The translations under genes and the position numbers were made by a program. A stretch of DNA of 64,000 nt, taken from IMG/VR virus record IMGVR_UViG_2579779168_000001; one strand, 5' to 3'. Positions 18,067 to 28,152 of this stretch are shown here, one piece after another. Source of the DNA: an uncultured virus (IMG/VR IMGVR_UViG_2579779168_000001). Lineage: Duplodnaviria > Heunggongvirae > Uroviricota > Caudoviricetes. Position 1 is the first letter of the stretch. Each line of letters starts with the position of its first letter. The notes under the pieces were generated by a model. It was not told the DNA's origin, searched no databases, and saw only the letters and a list, made by a program, of their open reading frames with translations.

Positions 18067-18852
18067 TCAGCTCCCATCGCCCGACAGGAAGAAGCCGGTT
18101 GCATCCATCCCACCCGGCTCGCTGCCTGGGAAGGTGTTGCGTGACGCGCACCCGATGATACCGCGGTTGCTGGCCCAGAAGCGCTTTCCCGCCGCCGCGC
18201 CGTTGAATGTCTTGGTATGAGACGTGACGTTCCCGCCGAAATTCGCCCATGCGAACGCGGCTGAGAAATACGGAATGCCGACCAGATCGGTGTTGCCGGT
18301 CGTACTGAACGCCTCGCCCGTATCGGAGGCATAGAGGTGCGCGGTGGCCCAGCCGGAAATGCGGATATCGCCTAGATCGAAGGTAGAGCCGCCCTTGGAG
18401 GCCGCGAGATGGGGGCCGTTCGGACAGGCACCGAATTCCACATGATGATAAGCGACCCAGCTTCCCTCGTGCGAGTAGATGCCGGCGCCATAAGCCGAGG
18501 TGACTTTCACGCCCGCGAGCGTGAACCGCGCGCCGTAAGCAGCGTCCAGAGCGTTGCCGCCTGACGCGGCGTTGATGCGGCAGCTATACGGCGCCGCTAG
18601 GTCGCCTTCGATGAGAACAGAATCGGGGTCGGCGAACCCGACCCAAGGGCCCGCGATCCAAGCCGATGCGTAGTCACCCGCAGCGAGTTTGATCTTGAGC
18701 TGGTTCCCGCGCAGGTCGACGTTGTCGCGAGTCCATTGCGCGGCCTTAGCGAGAGAGGCCCAAGGCAGCGCCATGGAGCCGTCGCCGGTTGCATCGTTGC
18801 CGGAGGACGAATCGACGTAGAAAGTCGTGGGCGCGGTGAGTTCAAGTCTCAT
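18067..18852 (-). CDS. Tail spike/fibre-like beta-helical protein
   Basis: TFYVDSSSGNDATGDGSMALPWASL followed by Gly-rich beta-helix-like repeats; located after the fibre genes. Confidence 0.7.
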   Translation of the reverse strand: MRLELTAPTTFYVDSSSGNDATGDGSMALPWASLAKAAQWTRDNVDLRGNQLKIKLAAGDYASAWIAGPWVGFADPDSVLIEGDLAAPYSCRINAASGGNALDAAYGARFTLAGVKVTSAYGAGIYSHEGSWVAYHHVEFGACPNGPHLAASKGGSTFDLGDIRISGWATAHLYASDTGEAFSTTGNTDLVGIPYFSAAFAWANFGGNVTSHTKTFNGAAAGKRFWASNRGIIGCASRNTFPGSEPGGMDATGFFLSGDGS

Positions 18853-19268
18853 GGCGTGGCGCCCGCAAGAACCTGAACCTTTCGCGCCGCGGTGATCAAC
18901 TTCGCGCTGACCAGTGCGTCTAGACCCGCCGCGAGATCGGCGTCGCCAAGATCAATGAACTCCGCCCCAACCGCTTGATCATACCAGAGCTTTGTTGCGG
19001 CATCAGTCATCGCTGCCTGAGCAATCCCCAACTGCTCGTCTTTGGTGAAAAGCCGGATGAACTCTCGGAAAGACAGCCGCGGCGAAACAACGGCCATAGG
19101 CTGGAGCTTCACTGAAGCCAGATCAGCATCGCTTGGCTGGGGTCCAAGCTTCGTTTCGTTCCAGTTGTAGATGCCGACCTCTTCGCCGGGGGGGTGATAA
19201 AGCAGGAAATCGACATCCGGGATGGCGATTGGATGCAGCGCCAGAATGCGATCGTTGAGACGGTCCAT
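18849..19268 (-). CDS. Tail fibre assembly / XkdW-like protein
   Basis: IYNWNETKLGPQPSDADL; directly after the tail fibre gene. Confidence 0.65.
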   Translation of the reverse strand: MDRLNDRILALHPIAIPDVDFLLYHPPGEEVGIYNWNETKLGPQPSDADLASVKLQPMAVVSPRLSFREFIRLFTKDEQLGIAQAAMTDAATKLWYDQAVGAEFIDLGDADLAAGLDALVSAKLITAARKVQVLAGATP

Positions 19269-19271
19269 GGG

Positions 19272-20558
19272 TCAGCGCCCCGTGAGGAAAACAGAGAATT
19301 CGGAAGCGTTGCCGTTGATGATACCGGAGCCACCCGCGGCGCGGACGCCGATCAGCAATATGGTGCCCTGGGGGTAATACTGCGTGTAGGTCAACTTTGG
19401 TTTTGCGGCGAAGCTGTTGAAGATCGCCAAAGACGAAGTTCCCTGTGAAACTAGGCCGGAAGTGTTGTTGAAAACAGAGACATCCAAATTATCCCACGCT
19501 GCAACATTGTTATATCCATTGACGCCGGCCACTACGTTGTAGACGCCAGAAACAGGCACAGTGATAGTTGCAGAGGTGAGCTGGAAGACACCTGGCGTCC
19601 CGGCATTTGTGTCAACGTTGACGTTGCCGAAGGACGTGCTGACCGCAACAGTCGCAGGTTGGCTGGTGGCGGTTCGGTAAATGCCGATAAGACCGGGCTG
19701 GGAAACCAGACGGATCAGCCACTGCGTGCCGGTATTTACGAACTCGAAGACTTCGCCGCCGCCAATCAGATAAAATGTCGCAGTAGCAGCGGCGCGGTAA
19801 AAGAGATTTCCGCCGCCCGTGGCGTTCACATACGCAGTTTGGAAGCCGGACGGGCTGTTGCTCGTTTCCAGCGTGCAGCGAAAACCGACCGGCACGCTGC
19901 TCGCCGCCGGTAGCGTGAAGACCTGGCGCACCGACAGGTCCATGACATAGGTGGTATATTCGTTCGCCGCAGTGACAGTGACGCCCCCGCTCGGCACCGT
20001 CACGCGAGGCGTGCGCAGGCGCGGAACAGCCTGAAGGCGGAACGACGTGCCGTCGTAAATGAGCGTGCACGTCCCCAGCATCTCGCCGCCTTCCAGCGCG
20101 GCGCCGTTGTCGTTGCGGACGATCGCCTTTGCACCCAAGCCGTTAACGTTGAGGGTCGCCGCCCCTGTATTTGGACCGCCGGGAACAATGCGAATGGGCG
20201 CCCCGACCAACTGCGCATAGTCGGTATTGGCCGGAGAGAAGGAGGCGGTGATGGCATTGGCCGTGCCCCCAACGACGCCGATGTAGCTATAAGACTGCCC
20301 ACGAAGACCGAGTTCGAAATGAGCCTGGAGGGTGGCCAAGTCGCCGTTGTCCAAGGCATCGAGCTGCGAGCGATCTGCCGTGAATTGTCCGATCATGGCA
20401 GCCATGGCGGCAGATTGGCGCCAGGCCTTGTTCGCCTGCTCGGGAAGCGCGATTCCGTTGACAAACCCGGCCAGCCGAGCCGCCAATGCTGCATAATCCG
20501 CTTGCGAAATGACATTCGCTCCGCCCGTCGCAGCGAAAGGCAGAAATTCATTGGCCAT
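19272..20558 (-). CDS. Tail fibre protein
   Basis: MANEFLPFAATGGANV...NKAWRQS anchor; NTGAATLNVNGLGAKAI segment. Confidence 0.88.
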   Translation of the reverse strand: MANEFLPFAATGGANVISQADYAALAARLAGFVNGIALPEQANKAWRQSAAMAAMIGQFTADRSQLDALDNGDLATLQAHFELGLRGQSYSYIGVVGGTANAITASFSPANTDYAQLVGAPIRIVPGGPNTGAATLNVNGLGAKAIVRNDNGAALEGGEMLGTCTLIYDGTSFRLQAVPRLRTPRVTVPSGGVTVTAANEYTTYVMDLSVRQVFTLPAASSVPVGFRCTLETSNSPSGFQTAYVNATGGGNLFYRAAATATFYLIGGGEVFEFVNTGTQWLIRLVSQPGLIGIYRTATSQPATVAVSTSFGNVNVDTNAGTPGVFQLTSATITVPVSGVYNVVAGVNGYNNVAAWDNLDVSVFNNTSGLVSQGTSSLAIFNSFAAKPKLTYTQYYPQGTILLIGVRAAGGSGIINGNASEFSVFLTGR

Positions 20559-20573
20559 GTGGCTCTCCGAAGA

Positions 20574-21251
20574 TCAGGACGTGAAATAGTCTGGAGGCGC
20601 GCCCCAGGCGCCGGTGCCCCAGCCGCTGATGAACTCGTTATTGACGCCCCAGCCGAACAGCGGTCCGTCAACCGTGGTGATGCGGTAGTTGGCCTTCACA
20701 CCTTCGGGCTTCAAAGGAAGATATCCCTGCGAAAGCAGAGCGATGAACAGAGCTGAAGGGATGATACCCGCGACGCCGAAGGTGATCGACATGTCCTGGT
20801 TGTCGATGACGACGATTTTTGTGTCGCCACTGGGGAACAGAATCTCGAGCGCTGCCTTTGCGCTTGGCAACGTCCCGTCCCAGTTGTTGGCCGCAATCTT
20901 CGCGCGTAGAAGCGTGCGATAGGTGTCGTCGTCTAGGCGGGTGATACCGGCGGGCGTATCGTATCGCGAGTCATACCAGACACCCCGCCCCCAGCCTCGG
21001 GTTGCGTCGCCCCAAGTGAACCAAGCGTTCGCGATCGGCACCTTGACGAAGCGTGTCCGACCAACCCACTCGCCAACCTCATCGAGCTGGACGCCGATGG
21101 CCTGGTCGAGGTCGAAGTCGAGCGGCAGATGCTCCATGACAGCCTGCTGCGCGACGATCGGCTCGACCAGAGCCTTGATCATCGCTTCGAACTTCGGCTT
21201 GCCCGCGTGGAGACTCGTGATCAGCGCCAGATAGGCGTCAACGTCAGCCAT
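20574..21251 (-). CDS. DUF2612 baseplate protein
   Basis: FDLDQAIGVQLD...LDDDTYRTLLRAKI..NNWDG...DNQDM. Confidence 0.88.
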   Translation of the reverse strand: MADVDAYLALITSLHAGKPKFEAMIKALVEPIVAQQAVMEHLPLDFDLDQAIGVQLDEVGEWVGRTRFVKVPIANAWFTWGDATRGWGRGVWYDSRYDTPAGITRLDDDTYRTLLRAKIAANNWDGTLPSAKAALEILFPSGDTKIVVIDNQDMSITFGVAGIIPSALFIALLSQGYLPLKPEGVKANYRITTVDGPLFGWGVNNEFISGWGTGAWGAPPDYFTS

Positions 21252-22435
21252 CAGGGCACCACGGTTATCGTCACGTCGGTTAGGGCTGCCGATGGCGCCT
21301 CATTAAATGCTATCGGCAGATCGGCGGTGCCGAACGATCCGCCGTTCTTCGCAATTGTGAGGGCCGTGATCTTGTAAGTCTTGGCGTTGCCGGCGAGCGC
21401 CAGGTTGGCCGGGACAAAAACCTCTGCCCATTCGACGGCGCCGCTGGTGCCGCCGATTTCGAGGCCGTTGATGAAGTCGACGACCGCCTGCTTGATGCTA
21501 GTCTCGATGGCTGTCGTGTAGCCGACCAGCGCCTTCAGTGAGATCGCAACTTTGATCGTCGCCGCGGTAGGCCGGTAGAACTTGATAGCGCGCGCGACGC
21601 CATACTCATCGGTGATCGTGACATTGGTCGTGCCGTATGTGCCTGTCCCCGCGGTCTTTTTAGCAGCGATGGCCTGGGCGATCGCGGTTGCGTCGCCCCC
21701 CTGGACAACCAGCGAAATCGAGTGCGCCGGGATGCCATTCGCATCTGTCGTGCCGGTATCGTTCTCGTAGCCTTTCAGTCGATCGACGCCGGCCACGCTT
21801 GCAACGGCACCCATGGTGCCCTCAAAGACCGTTAGGGACGGGAGGGCGGTCGAGATGGTCTGGCGCTGGCGAAGCTGAGCGTCGAGTTCAACGGGCTGAC
21901 CGGGCGCAGCGGCATTGGCATTTGTGACGCTCTGCCAACCGCGCGTCGGTGTTCCGATGGTCGAAATCGCGCCGGGCAGTGCTTGAATTGCACCGGCATC
22001 CTTCGCGATGGCCGTGACCGTGATTGATCCGCCCGCCGGGATGGTGACAGACGTCGGCAAAAGCCACTGATTGCCAGCGTTATCCTTGGCAATTCCGCCT
22101 GTGATCGTGGTGCCAGCCTGCCCGATCAGCGTGAGATCGACGGTCGAGTTCGATGCAACCAGCCGCTTGATGCCGTTGATCTTGACGACGGAAGAGAGCC
22201 CGACGCCGCGCGCAGTCGAAGGCGAGAAGGCGTTGTAGACCTGAAGGGCCATGGCGTTGGCGTCATCCACCGCCGCGGCGAAGATGGCGATCTGCTGGCC
22301 ATCCTGGGTGTCCGGATCGATGTCGATGTCCTGCCCGAAGATCGCGCGGAACTGCTCCTGGAAATAGGCCAGCACGGTGGCATAATCCGGCTTGAAGATG
22401 CCGTTCTCGTCGATCGTGCAGACAGGAAGCGCCAT
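21251..22435 (-). CDS. Baseplate J/gp47 family protein
   Basis: DTQDGQ, ELDAQLRQRQ and YENDT..TDANGIPAHSI motifs. Confidence 0.9.
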   Translation of the reverse strand: MALPVCTIDENGIFKPDYATVLAYFQEQFRAIFGQDIDIDPDTQDGQQIAIFAAAVDDANAMALQVYNAFSPSTARGVGLSSVVKINGIKRLVASNSTVDLTLIGQAGTTITGGIAKDNAGNQWLLPTSVTIPAGGSITVTAIAKDAGAIQALPGAISTIGTPTRGWQSVTNANAAAPGQPVELDAQLRQRQTISTALPSLTVFEGTMGAVASVAGVDRLKGYENDTGTTDANGIPAHSISLVVQGGDATAIAQAIAAKKTAGTGTYGTTNVTITDEYGVARAIKFYRPTAATIKVAISLKALVGYTTAIETSIKQAVVDFINGLEIGGTSGAVEWAEVFVPANLALAGNAKTYKITALTIAKNGGSFGTADLPIAFNEAPSAALTDVTITVVP

Positions 22436-22794
22436 CAGAAATTCACCCCACGCACGGTTGCGGCGCCGTAGATTGTGTCGAGCGTCAGCGTGTCGACGCT
22501 GAAGGCGCGGTTGTCGCGGTTGAGGTTGCTTGAATAGGACGTGATCGCCTTCACGCCGGTCGTGCCGAGCACGCGGCGCCGGATGGCCGGATCACGGGTG
22601 TTCGCGGTGCGGACGCCCAGTACTTCGGTCTTCCACGTCATGCCTTCGGTCTGGTCGAGGAACCACTCGCCCTGCCAGAGGCCCAGACGGGTCTGGACTG
22701 ACTGCGCGACAGCTTCGGGCTGGTCTATCCAGAAGTCCTGCTTCCCACGGCCGAACGAATAATCGCCCTGCGCGTCGAGCTTGCGGTAAAGCAT
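22435..22794 (-). CDS. Baseplate wedge / sheath initiator (gp46-like)
   Basis: YRKLDAQGDYSFG...GEWFLDQTEG. Confidence 0.8.
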   Translation of the reverse strand: MLYRKLDAQGDYSFGRGKQDFWIDQPEAVAQSVQTRLGLWQGEWFLDQTEGMTWKTEVLGVRTANTRDPAIRRRVLGTTGVKAITSYSSNLNRDNRAFSVDTLTLDTIYGAATVRGVNF

Positions 22795-22801
22795 GGCTGC
22801 C

Positions 22802-23503
22802 TCAGTTCGTCGGGCCGGCCGAGTTGCCGCCGCCGGGTTGCACGCCGGAGTGCTTGTGCGTCGAAAAGACGATGTCGTTCACGATGAGCTCGCCATTGAT
22901 GCGAACGGTGCCGGTGATTGCCGTCTCGCCCGCCCCGCCGCCAATGCTGACGCCATTCGCAGCCGAGATGCCGACCTGCTTGTCCGTCGAGATGCCGACA
23001 CCGCCAGCGCCGGACATGCTGATCTTGGTCTTTCCATCATCGGAACGGATCTCGGTCGAGCTCGTGCTGATGCCGTCGATCGCGTTCGGGTTCGACTTGA
23101 GGCCAGGCGTGAAATAGCCGTTCGACAGGCTGTGCATGCTGGCGTCTGCCGGCACCTGCTCGCCCCCGCTCTGTTGCCAGGTATCCGGCGAGCGGGAGGT
23201 GAAATTCACCATGCCCTCGTCACCAACCTTCAGCGGGAAGGTGATGTTCATGCCCCCGCCGCCGGGATAATGGACCGGGACGTCCTGCAGCACAGGAAGG
23301 TCGATCGCCTTCTGTGACCCATCCTCCTGCTTCACGAAGGACTTGATGCCTATTTGAAGTTTGACGGATGGTGCCTTGCCCGCACCGCCCGGATCGAAGG
23401 CCAGCACGCGCGCCGGCGCTGATGTCTGGATCCGCGAAATGTGTTGTTCGATCGCCGCCCGAAGGTTCTCCTCGGGATCGTCGACTCGCTGGCGAAGGTC
23501 CAT
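22802..23503 (-). CDS. Baseplate spike (Gp138/gp45-like)
   Basis: TFPLKVGDE; C-terminal HKH (THKHSGVQPG) metal-binding tip. Confidence 0.85.
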   Translation of the reverse strand: MDLRQRVDDPEENLRAAIEQHISRIQTSAPARVLAFDPGGAGKAPSVKLQIGIKSFVKQEDGSQKAIDLPVLQDVPVHYPGGGGMNITFPLKVGDEGMVNFTSRSPDTWQQSGGEQVPADASMHSLSNGYFTPGLKSNPNAIDGISTSSTEIRSDDGKTKISMSGAGGVGISTDKQVGISAANGVSIGGGAGETAITGTVRINGELIVNDIVFSTHKHSGVQPGGGNSAGPTN

Positions 23504-23506
23504 GGA

Positions 23507-24448
23507 TTACTGGCCCGGATCGAGATCGATGCCCTGCTGCACGAGACGGATGGGCTGCGGGCCCTGCCCGTCTGCACGAATGCAGGTGGCATCGGTGTAG
23601 TAGATGTTCCCCTCGGTATCGCCGATAAGGTCGGCGACGAGAACGCGGTAGAGGCCGTCGTCCGCGAGCGATGGAATCATCGAATTCTGGACTTCTGCCG
23701 TAAAATTTGGGCTGAGGGCGGCCTGATCGATGCTGGCCTGGTCGATCTTCAGCCGGGTGTCCGGACGAACCTTCGGATTCAGCAGCATCCGGACAATGAT
23801 GCCGTCCAGCGTCTGGACGGGCCGCCCGACCATGCCGGTATCCGAGTTGATCACGAATGCCTCACCGGGGCGCGGCTCGTTGTTCTTGGTGATATTGAGC
23901 TTGTCGTTCTCGACGAACCAGCTCGAGCCGGTTGAAAAAGCGATGTCGCGCATGACGTCGCGCGCCATTCCGAACAGCACTCGGGGCCGCGGCATCTGCT
24001 TGGTCCCCAGATCGGCGATGTAGCCAGCCGTGATGCCGTGCGGCTTGAAGGCTTCCAGCACGACGTCAACCTGATCCTTGAAGGTCGACCCTGCCGCGAG
24101 CGTCTTGCTCACGGTGGCGAAGTTGTAGGCCTTGTCGCCAGACGTCGCGAGCAGCGAGCAATAGGTGTCGACGGGGTTCTCGCGCCCGGTCCGCTTCTGG
24201 ATCAGGTTGCCCTTGAAGATGATCTCGCGGGCGCCCTGGTATCCAGCCGAGAGCGTGACGGACTGGCCCTCTTTCTTGATCTTCTGCGCCGTTGATTCCT
24301 TGAGATTTGTGATTGTGATTTCGGCGGCATTCGGCGTCTGAAGCCGGTTCTGCGTCACCTTGAAACGGATCCGCAGATTGGAAACGTCGATGGTCTCGCC
24401 GCCGGCATCGATCGTCAGCGCGACATCTCTGATCCACTGGCGTGTCAT
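23507..24448 (-). CDS. Baseplate hub protein
   Basis: LRIRFKV...PNAAEITITNL...LSAGY; start MTRQWIR overlaps the upstream stop. Confidence 0.8.
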   Translation of the reverse strand: MTRQWIRDVALTIDAGGETIDVSNLRIRFKVTQNRLQTPNAAEITITNLKESTAQKIKKEGQSVTLSAGYQGAREIIFKGNLIQKRTGRENPVDTYCSLLATSGDKAYNFATVSKTLAAGSTFKDQVDVVLEAFKPHGITAGYIADLGTKQMPRPRVLFGMARDVMRDIAFSTGSSWFVENDKLNITKNNEPRPGEAFVINSDTGMVGRPVQTLDGIIVRMLLNPKVRPDTRLKIDQASIDQAALSPNFTAEVQNSMIPSLADDGLYRVLVADLIGDTEGNIYYTDATCIRADGQGPQPIRLVQQGIDLDPGQ

Positions 24449-24759
24449 GGCGAGATGAAGAGGACTTTGCCGTTGGTGCCGAGATTGGCGTAGGTCGGCT
24501 CGACGAGCTCGCTGCTGTCCGTCATGACCCTGATTTCGCCTGGGAAGCCGAGGTAATCGAACTGCTGCAGGACGTTCTCGCCGGCGGTGAGCGGGAGCCC
24601 TTGCACCAGCGGGTTGCCGTCGATATCGGCGATGTCGATGAACCACCCTCCGTCAGGCGTGTCGCACCAGCCGAACCGAACCTGATACTCAACCGTGCCG
24701 AGCGTGATCGACATCTGCTGCGCCTGAGGCAGCAACGGAAACTCGTAGACGGTCGCCAT
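24445..24759 (-). CDS. Baseplate plug-like protein
   Basis: Position in the operon; PTYANLG motif. Confidence 0.75.
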   Translation of the reverse strand: MATVYEFPLLPQAQQMSITLGTVEYQVRFGWCDTPDGGWFIDIADIDGNPLVQGLPLTAGENVLQQFDYLGFPGEIRVMTDSSELVEPTYANLGTNGKVLFISP

Positions 24760-25295
24760 CAGGCCCTCGCAGACGGTGACGCGAAGCCGCTCGTACCGGA
24801 ACTCTTGAGCTGCTGCTGACCGACATTCGCGGTCGCGCCGGTTTTCGCTGGATTGGCCTGGGCCGAATTCGGAGCGCCAGTGGTCTGCGTCGAGACGATC
24901 CGCGCCTCGCGCAACCGTACCGAAATCAGCGAGATGTTCTCGGTCCGCTCGTCCTTGGACAGCGAGACCGAGCTCAGAAGCATGTTCTGGTACTGGCGCG
25001 AGCCAGTAGTGACCTCGAAGGGCTCGCGCTGCCGCTGAAGCGCTATAAGTTGCTCATAGGCCTCAGTGGCATACCCGACATAGCCGCCGGTCGAATCCGA
25101 CCACGCAATCTGCATCTCGATCTCGGACGGACGGAAGAACGCATGATCCGAAATCGAGGCGCCGCGCTCGACCGGATGGTCCGTCACTACCATCTCGTCC
25201 TTGCTGATCTCGCGGATCACGACATCGGGGATCAGCGTCCCGATCTGGCGCGTCCCTGTCGTCAGCAGCGCGAAGGTGTCATCGATCAGCGCCAT
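24759..25295 (-). CDS. Tail tube initiator / Dit-like protein
   Basis: TDHPVERGASISDHA...FEVTTGSRQYQNML. Confidence 0.8.
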   Translation of the reverse strand: MALIDDTFALLTTGTRQIGTLIPDVVIREISKDEMVVTDHPVERGASISDHAFFRPSEIEMQIAWSDSTGGYVGYATEAYEQLIALQRQREPFEVTTGSRQYQNMLLSSVSLSKDERTENISLISVRLREARIVSTQTTGAPNSAQANPAKTGATANVGQQQLKSSGTSGFASPSARA

Positions 25296-25355
25296 ATGTG
25301 AACCGGTTCCCTATCTGGGGCGACTGCCATATGATCTGGGCCCTCGGAGGCAGGC

Positions 25356-25679
25356 ATGCGCGCGATACTGGTAGCTCTGGCGATGGTAGCTAGCGGGGCA
25401 GCGATGGCCGCCCCAGCCCGTTGCCTGTTGGTCGTGGATGGCAAGACCTACCTCAACGGCCCCTGCCCCGTGGATGTCTCAAAGGATGGGAGCTTCAGCA
25501 TCGGGACGGGCCCCAAAGCTTCGTACTTCGCCTATGTCACGGTCGAAGGGCCTGGCGTTGCCAAGGGCTCCTGGAACGAAGAGCGCGGCGCGAGCCATGC
25601 CCATACGGACCTCGGCCAGCTTCGCCGCAACGATGCTTGCTGGCAGAACGACAGGGCGATCGTATGCGCTTGGCGCTGA
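25356..25679 (+). CDS. Small secreted Cys-containing protein (moron)
   Basis: Signal peptide (AMA-AP), four Cys, GGAGG RBS; opposite strand to the tail operon. Confidence 0.8.
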   Translation: MRAILVALAMVASGAAMAAPARCLLVVDGKTYLNGPCPVDVSKDGSFSIGTGPKASYFAYVTVEGPGVAKGSWNEERGASHAHTDLGQLRRNDACWQNDRAIVCAWR

Positions 25680-25996
25680 CCGCCTTGCTGGGGCTCATCA
25701 CCACTGCCGTAGCCCGAGCGGAAACACCATTGCCCATGATCGATGTTGAAAGCCGCTGCACCGTGGCAGCCGATCGCGGCATCCAGCGTGCGGATTGTAT
25801 CAACAGCGAGCAGCGCGCCTACGATCTGTTAGGCAGCCAATGGGAACGCGTGGAAGACCGGTTTCGAATAGGCTGCGTCAAACAATTCGGCGGGGTGCTG
25901 ATGGCTTATACAGCCCTGGCACGCTGCGCAGCCGATAGCTTGATGGTCCAGGATCTAAACCGGAAGCGGGAGGAAAAGCCGTTTCGCTATCGCTAG
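25664..25996 (+). CDS. Small secreted Cys-containing protein (moron)
   Basis: Signal peptide MRLALTALLGLITTAVARA; four Cys. Confidence 0.7.
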   Translation: MRLALTALLGLITTAVARAETPLPMIDVESRCTVAADRGIQRADCINSEQRAYDLLGSQWERVEDRFRIGCVKQFGGVLMAYTALARCAADSLMVQDLNRKREEKPFRYR

Positions 25997-27969
25997 CGAA
26001 CCGCGCCCGTCATGTTCCGAAGCATCCGGCCGTTGACGCCGTTCTGAGCATCAGCGACCGCCGAGGCCGTGGCGCTGGGGTCCGATCCTCCAAGGATGGT
26101 GATCTCGGTCTTCTGCGCCATGTCGACGTTGGTGTTGTTGTTCGCCGCCGGCGGCACAAGCGGAGAGCCGCTCGGCTGGATGCCGCTGCCGATCAGAGCA
26201 GCATTGGACTGGACCGCCGCCATTGATCCGGCATTGAGCCGCGAGAACGGCGTATAGGCGGGGATAGTTCCCGCTTCAGCCTGCGCCGCTGCCGCTCGTT
26301 CCGCGGCGCGAAGGGCACGCTGTGCCCACTTGTTGCGGGACGGGTAGTTCTTGATGCCCGCCTGCTCGAAGGTGTTCTCGAACGCGACGGTCGCATCCTC
26401 GACACTGCCTGCGCGCTTCACGGCGGAAACCGCGCCCTTGTGCGAGGTACGCAACTCGTGGCGCAGAAACCCGTAGTTGGCTTCGTCGGATGCTGGATCG
26501 AGGCCCTTTTCTGCCGCCCATGCTTCAAAGGCACGCCGGCGCGGCCCCGTCCACTGAGCCCACCCATAACCGCCACGCCCTGAAGTGGGATTGCGCTCCT
26601 GAAGCTCATTGAGGCCACCGCTCTCATGGCCCAGATTGCCGACGATGCCGGCGGCCTGCTCACGGGTGAACCCGAAGTCAGCCATCAGGCGATTGATGAT
26701 GCCGGGGGCCTTTTGCGTGAAGGTGCTGCCGCGGATCGGCGCGTTGCTGTCGCCGCGCCCACCGCCGCCAGAAGGCGCGTCCTGGCCGCCCATGAACTTC
26801 GGCATCGTGCGCTGCCACCAGTTACGCTTGTCGGTAATCTGCGGCGCGCTGCCCGGCGTGCCATCGTTCGGGGTCTTGCCCCAGGTGCCATTGGCGCGAC
26901 GGCGCGCAATCTCCTGGTCCTCGCCGCCGTTGGCCGGGCTGGTGCTCAGCGCCAGAGCGCCGGCCGCACCCAAGGTGAGCGGATTGATGCCGAGCTTCAG
27001 CAGCATGGCGCCCCACCCAGCCCCGATGGCGGTAAATGCCCCCAGGATCCGCAGCAGCCATGATCCGACGAGCCATACGGCGAAGGCTTCCAATGCAACC
27101 TGCAAGCCGCTCTGCCCCGTCAGGGACTGCGCGATTTTGTCGAACGCTTCCCAAGCCGGCGTCAGGGCCTGAACCAGCTTCTGGAACGCCGCAGCAAGCC
27201 ATGCCGCCGCTTTGCCCGCCTCGTCGAAGAACGTGACGATCTTGTCGGCATTGCGGATCAGGAAATCATCGACGTCCTTGACGAACGAGGCCAGCGAGCG
27301 ACCGAGCGTCTGCTCAAGCTTCGCGCCGATCAGCTCCGCGGTCGCCCCGAGCGAGCGCCAAGCCTGGGTGAGCTGGTTGCCGATATCGGCCGCCTGCTTT
27401 TGGTCCACGCCGAGCGCGCGCGCCTTGGCGGCATACTCATCCATGAACCGGGTGAGGTCGCCGGACTTGATTGCATTGTAGGTGCGTTCATCGATCCCGA
27501 GCGCCTCGAGATACTGGAGCGCGACGTATTGCGGCTTCTTCGATAGCGCCTTGGCGAGATCCTGAACGATTGCGGTCGTCTCGCGCAGCCTGCCGTTCTC
27601 GCGGGTGGCCACGCCGAGCGACTTGACCAGGCTCTCATAGCCCGGATTGCTGCGCATCTTCTGCGCGAAGCTCTCGATCGAGGCGAGCGCGCCCTGATAC
27701 GAGCCGCCGAGCTGCGACACCGCATAGCTCAGGCCCTTGATGTTCTGAACCGACGCGCCGGCGCGCTGCGCGGTGAAATAGATTTCGTCGAAACCAGCCG
27801 CAATCTTTGTCACAACCGCGCCGATGCCGGTGGCGATCCCCAGCAGCGTGACATTCATCTTGATGACGGCCTTCGTGGCCGCACCAACGCTGTTCAGGAA
27901 CTTCGCTTCCGACCCGCCATCGATCTTATAGCCGATGCCGACCAGAAATTCCTTGATCGTATCAGCCAC
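25993..27969 (-). CDS. Tape measure protein with a phage tail lysozyme domain
   Basis: Ala-rich helical N-terminus; AAGIVGNLGHESGG...GYGWAQWTGPRR lysozyme motif. Confidence 0.88.
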   Translation of the reverse strand: MADTIKEFLVGIGYKIDGGSEAKFLNSVGAATKAVIKMNVTLLGIATGIGAVVTKIAAGFDEIYFTAQRAGASVQNIKGLSYAVSQLGGSYQGALASIESFAQKMRSNPGYESLVKSLGVATRENGRLRETTAIVQDLAKALSKKPQYVALQYLEALGIDERTYNAIKSGDLTRFMDEYAAKARALGVDQKQAADIGNQLTQAWRSLGATAELIGAKLEQTLGRSLASFVKDVDDFLIRNADKIVTFFDEAGKAAAWLAAAFQKLVQALTPAWEAFDKIAQSLTGQSGLQVALEAFAVWLVGSWLLRILGAFTAIGAGWGAMLLKLGINPLTLGAAGALALSTSPANGGEDQEIARRRANGTWGKTPNDGTPGSAPQITDKRNWWQRTMPKFMGGQDAPSGGGGRGDSNAPIRGSTFTQKAPGIINRLMADFGFTREQAAGIVGNLGHESGGLNELQERNPTSGRGGYGWAQWTGPRRRAFEAWAAEKGLDPASDEANYGFLRHELRTSHKGAVSAVKRAGSVEDATVAFENTFEQAGIKNYPSRNKWAQRALRAAERAAAAQAEAGTIPAYTPFSRLNAGSMAAVQSNAALIGSGIQPSGSPLVPPAANNNTNVDMAQKTEITILGGSDPSATASAVADAQNGVNGRMLRNMTGAVR

Positions 27970-28111
27970 GGGGTTTGCTCGCTTCGTTGGCGCGCCAGGC
28001 GTTCTCGTCCATGGCCGTGATGGCGTCGTTCATGTCGGCGACGTCGCAGAGCGTCAGAGTGCCGTCGATCAGGCTCTCGTATTTGCAGAGGCCGCGGAGG
28101 ACCGGGCGCAT
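27962..28111 (-). CDS. Tail chaperone T-like segment, reached by -1 frameshift or its own ATG
   Basis: MRPVLRGLCKYESLIDGTLTL.DVA.MNDA; the frame is open back to a slippery site in the upstream gene. Confidence 0.75.
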   Translation of the reverse strand: MRPVLRGLCKYESLIDGTLTLCDVADMNDAITAMDENAWRANEASKPRG

Positions 28112-28152
28112 CAGCAGATCCGCTCCATCGGGAAGAGCGATCGGGTCGAACT

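Noticed and set aside
18067..20558. Diversity-generating retroelement or invertible tail-fibre cassette
   Set aside because: No reverse transcriptase, TR/VR pair or invertase was seen in the window
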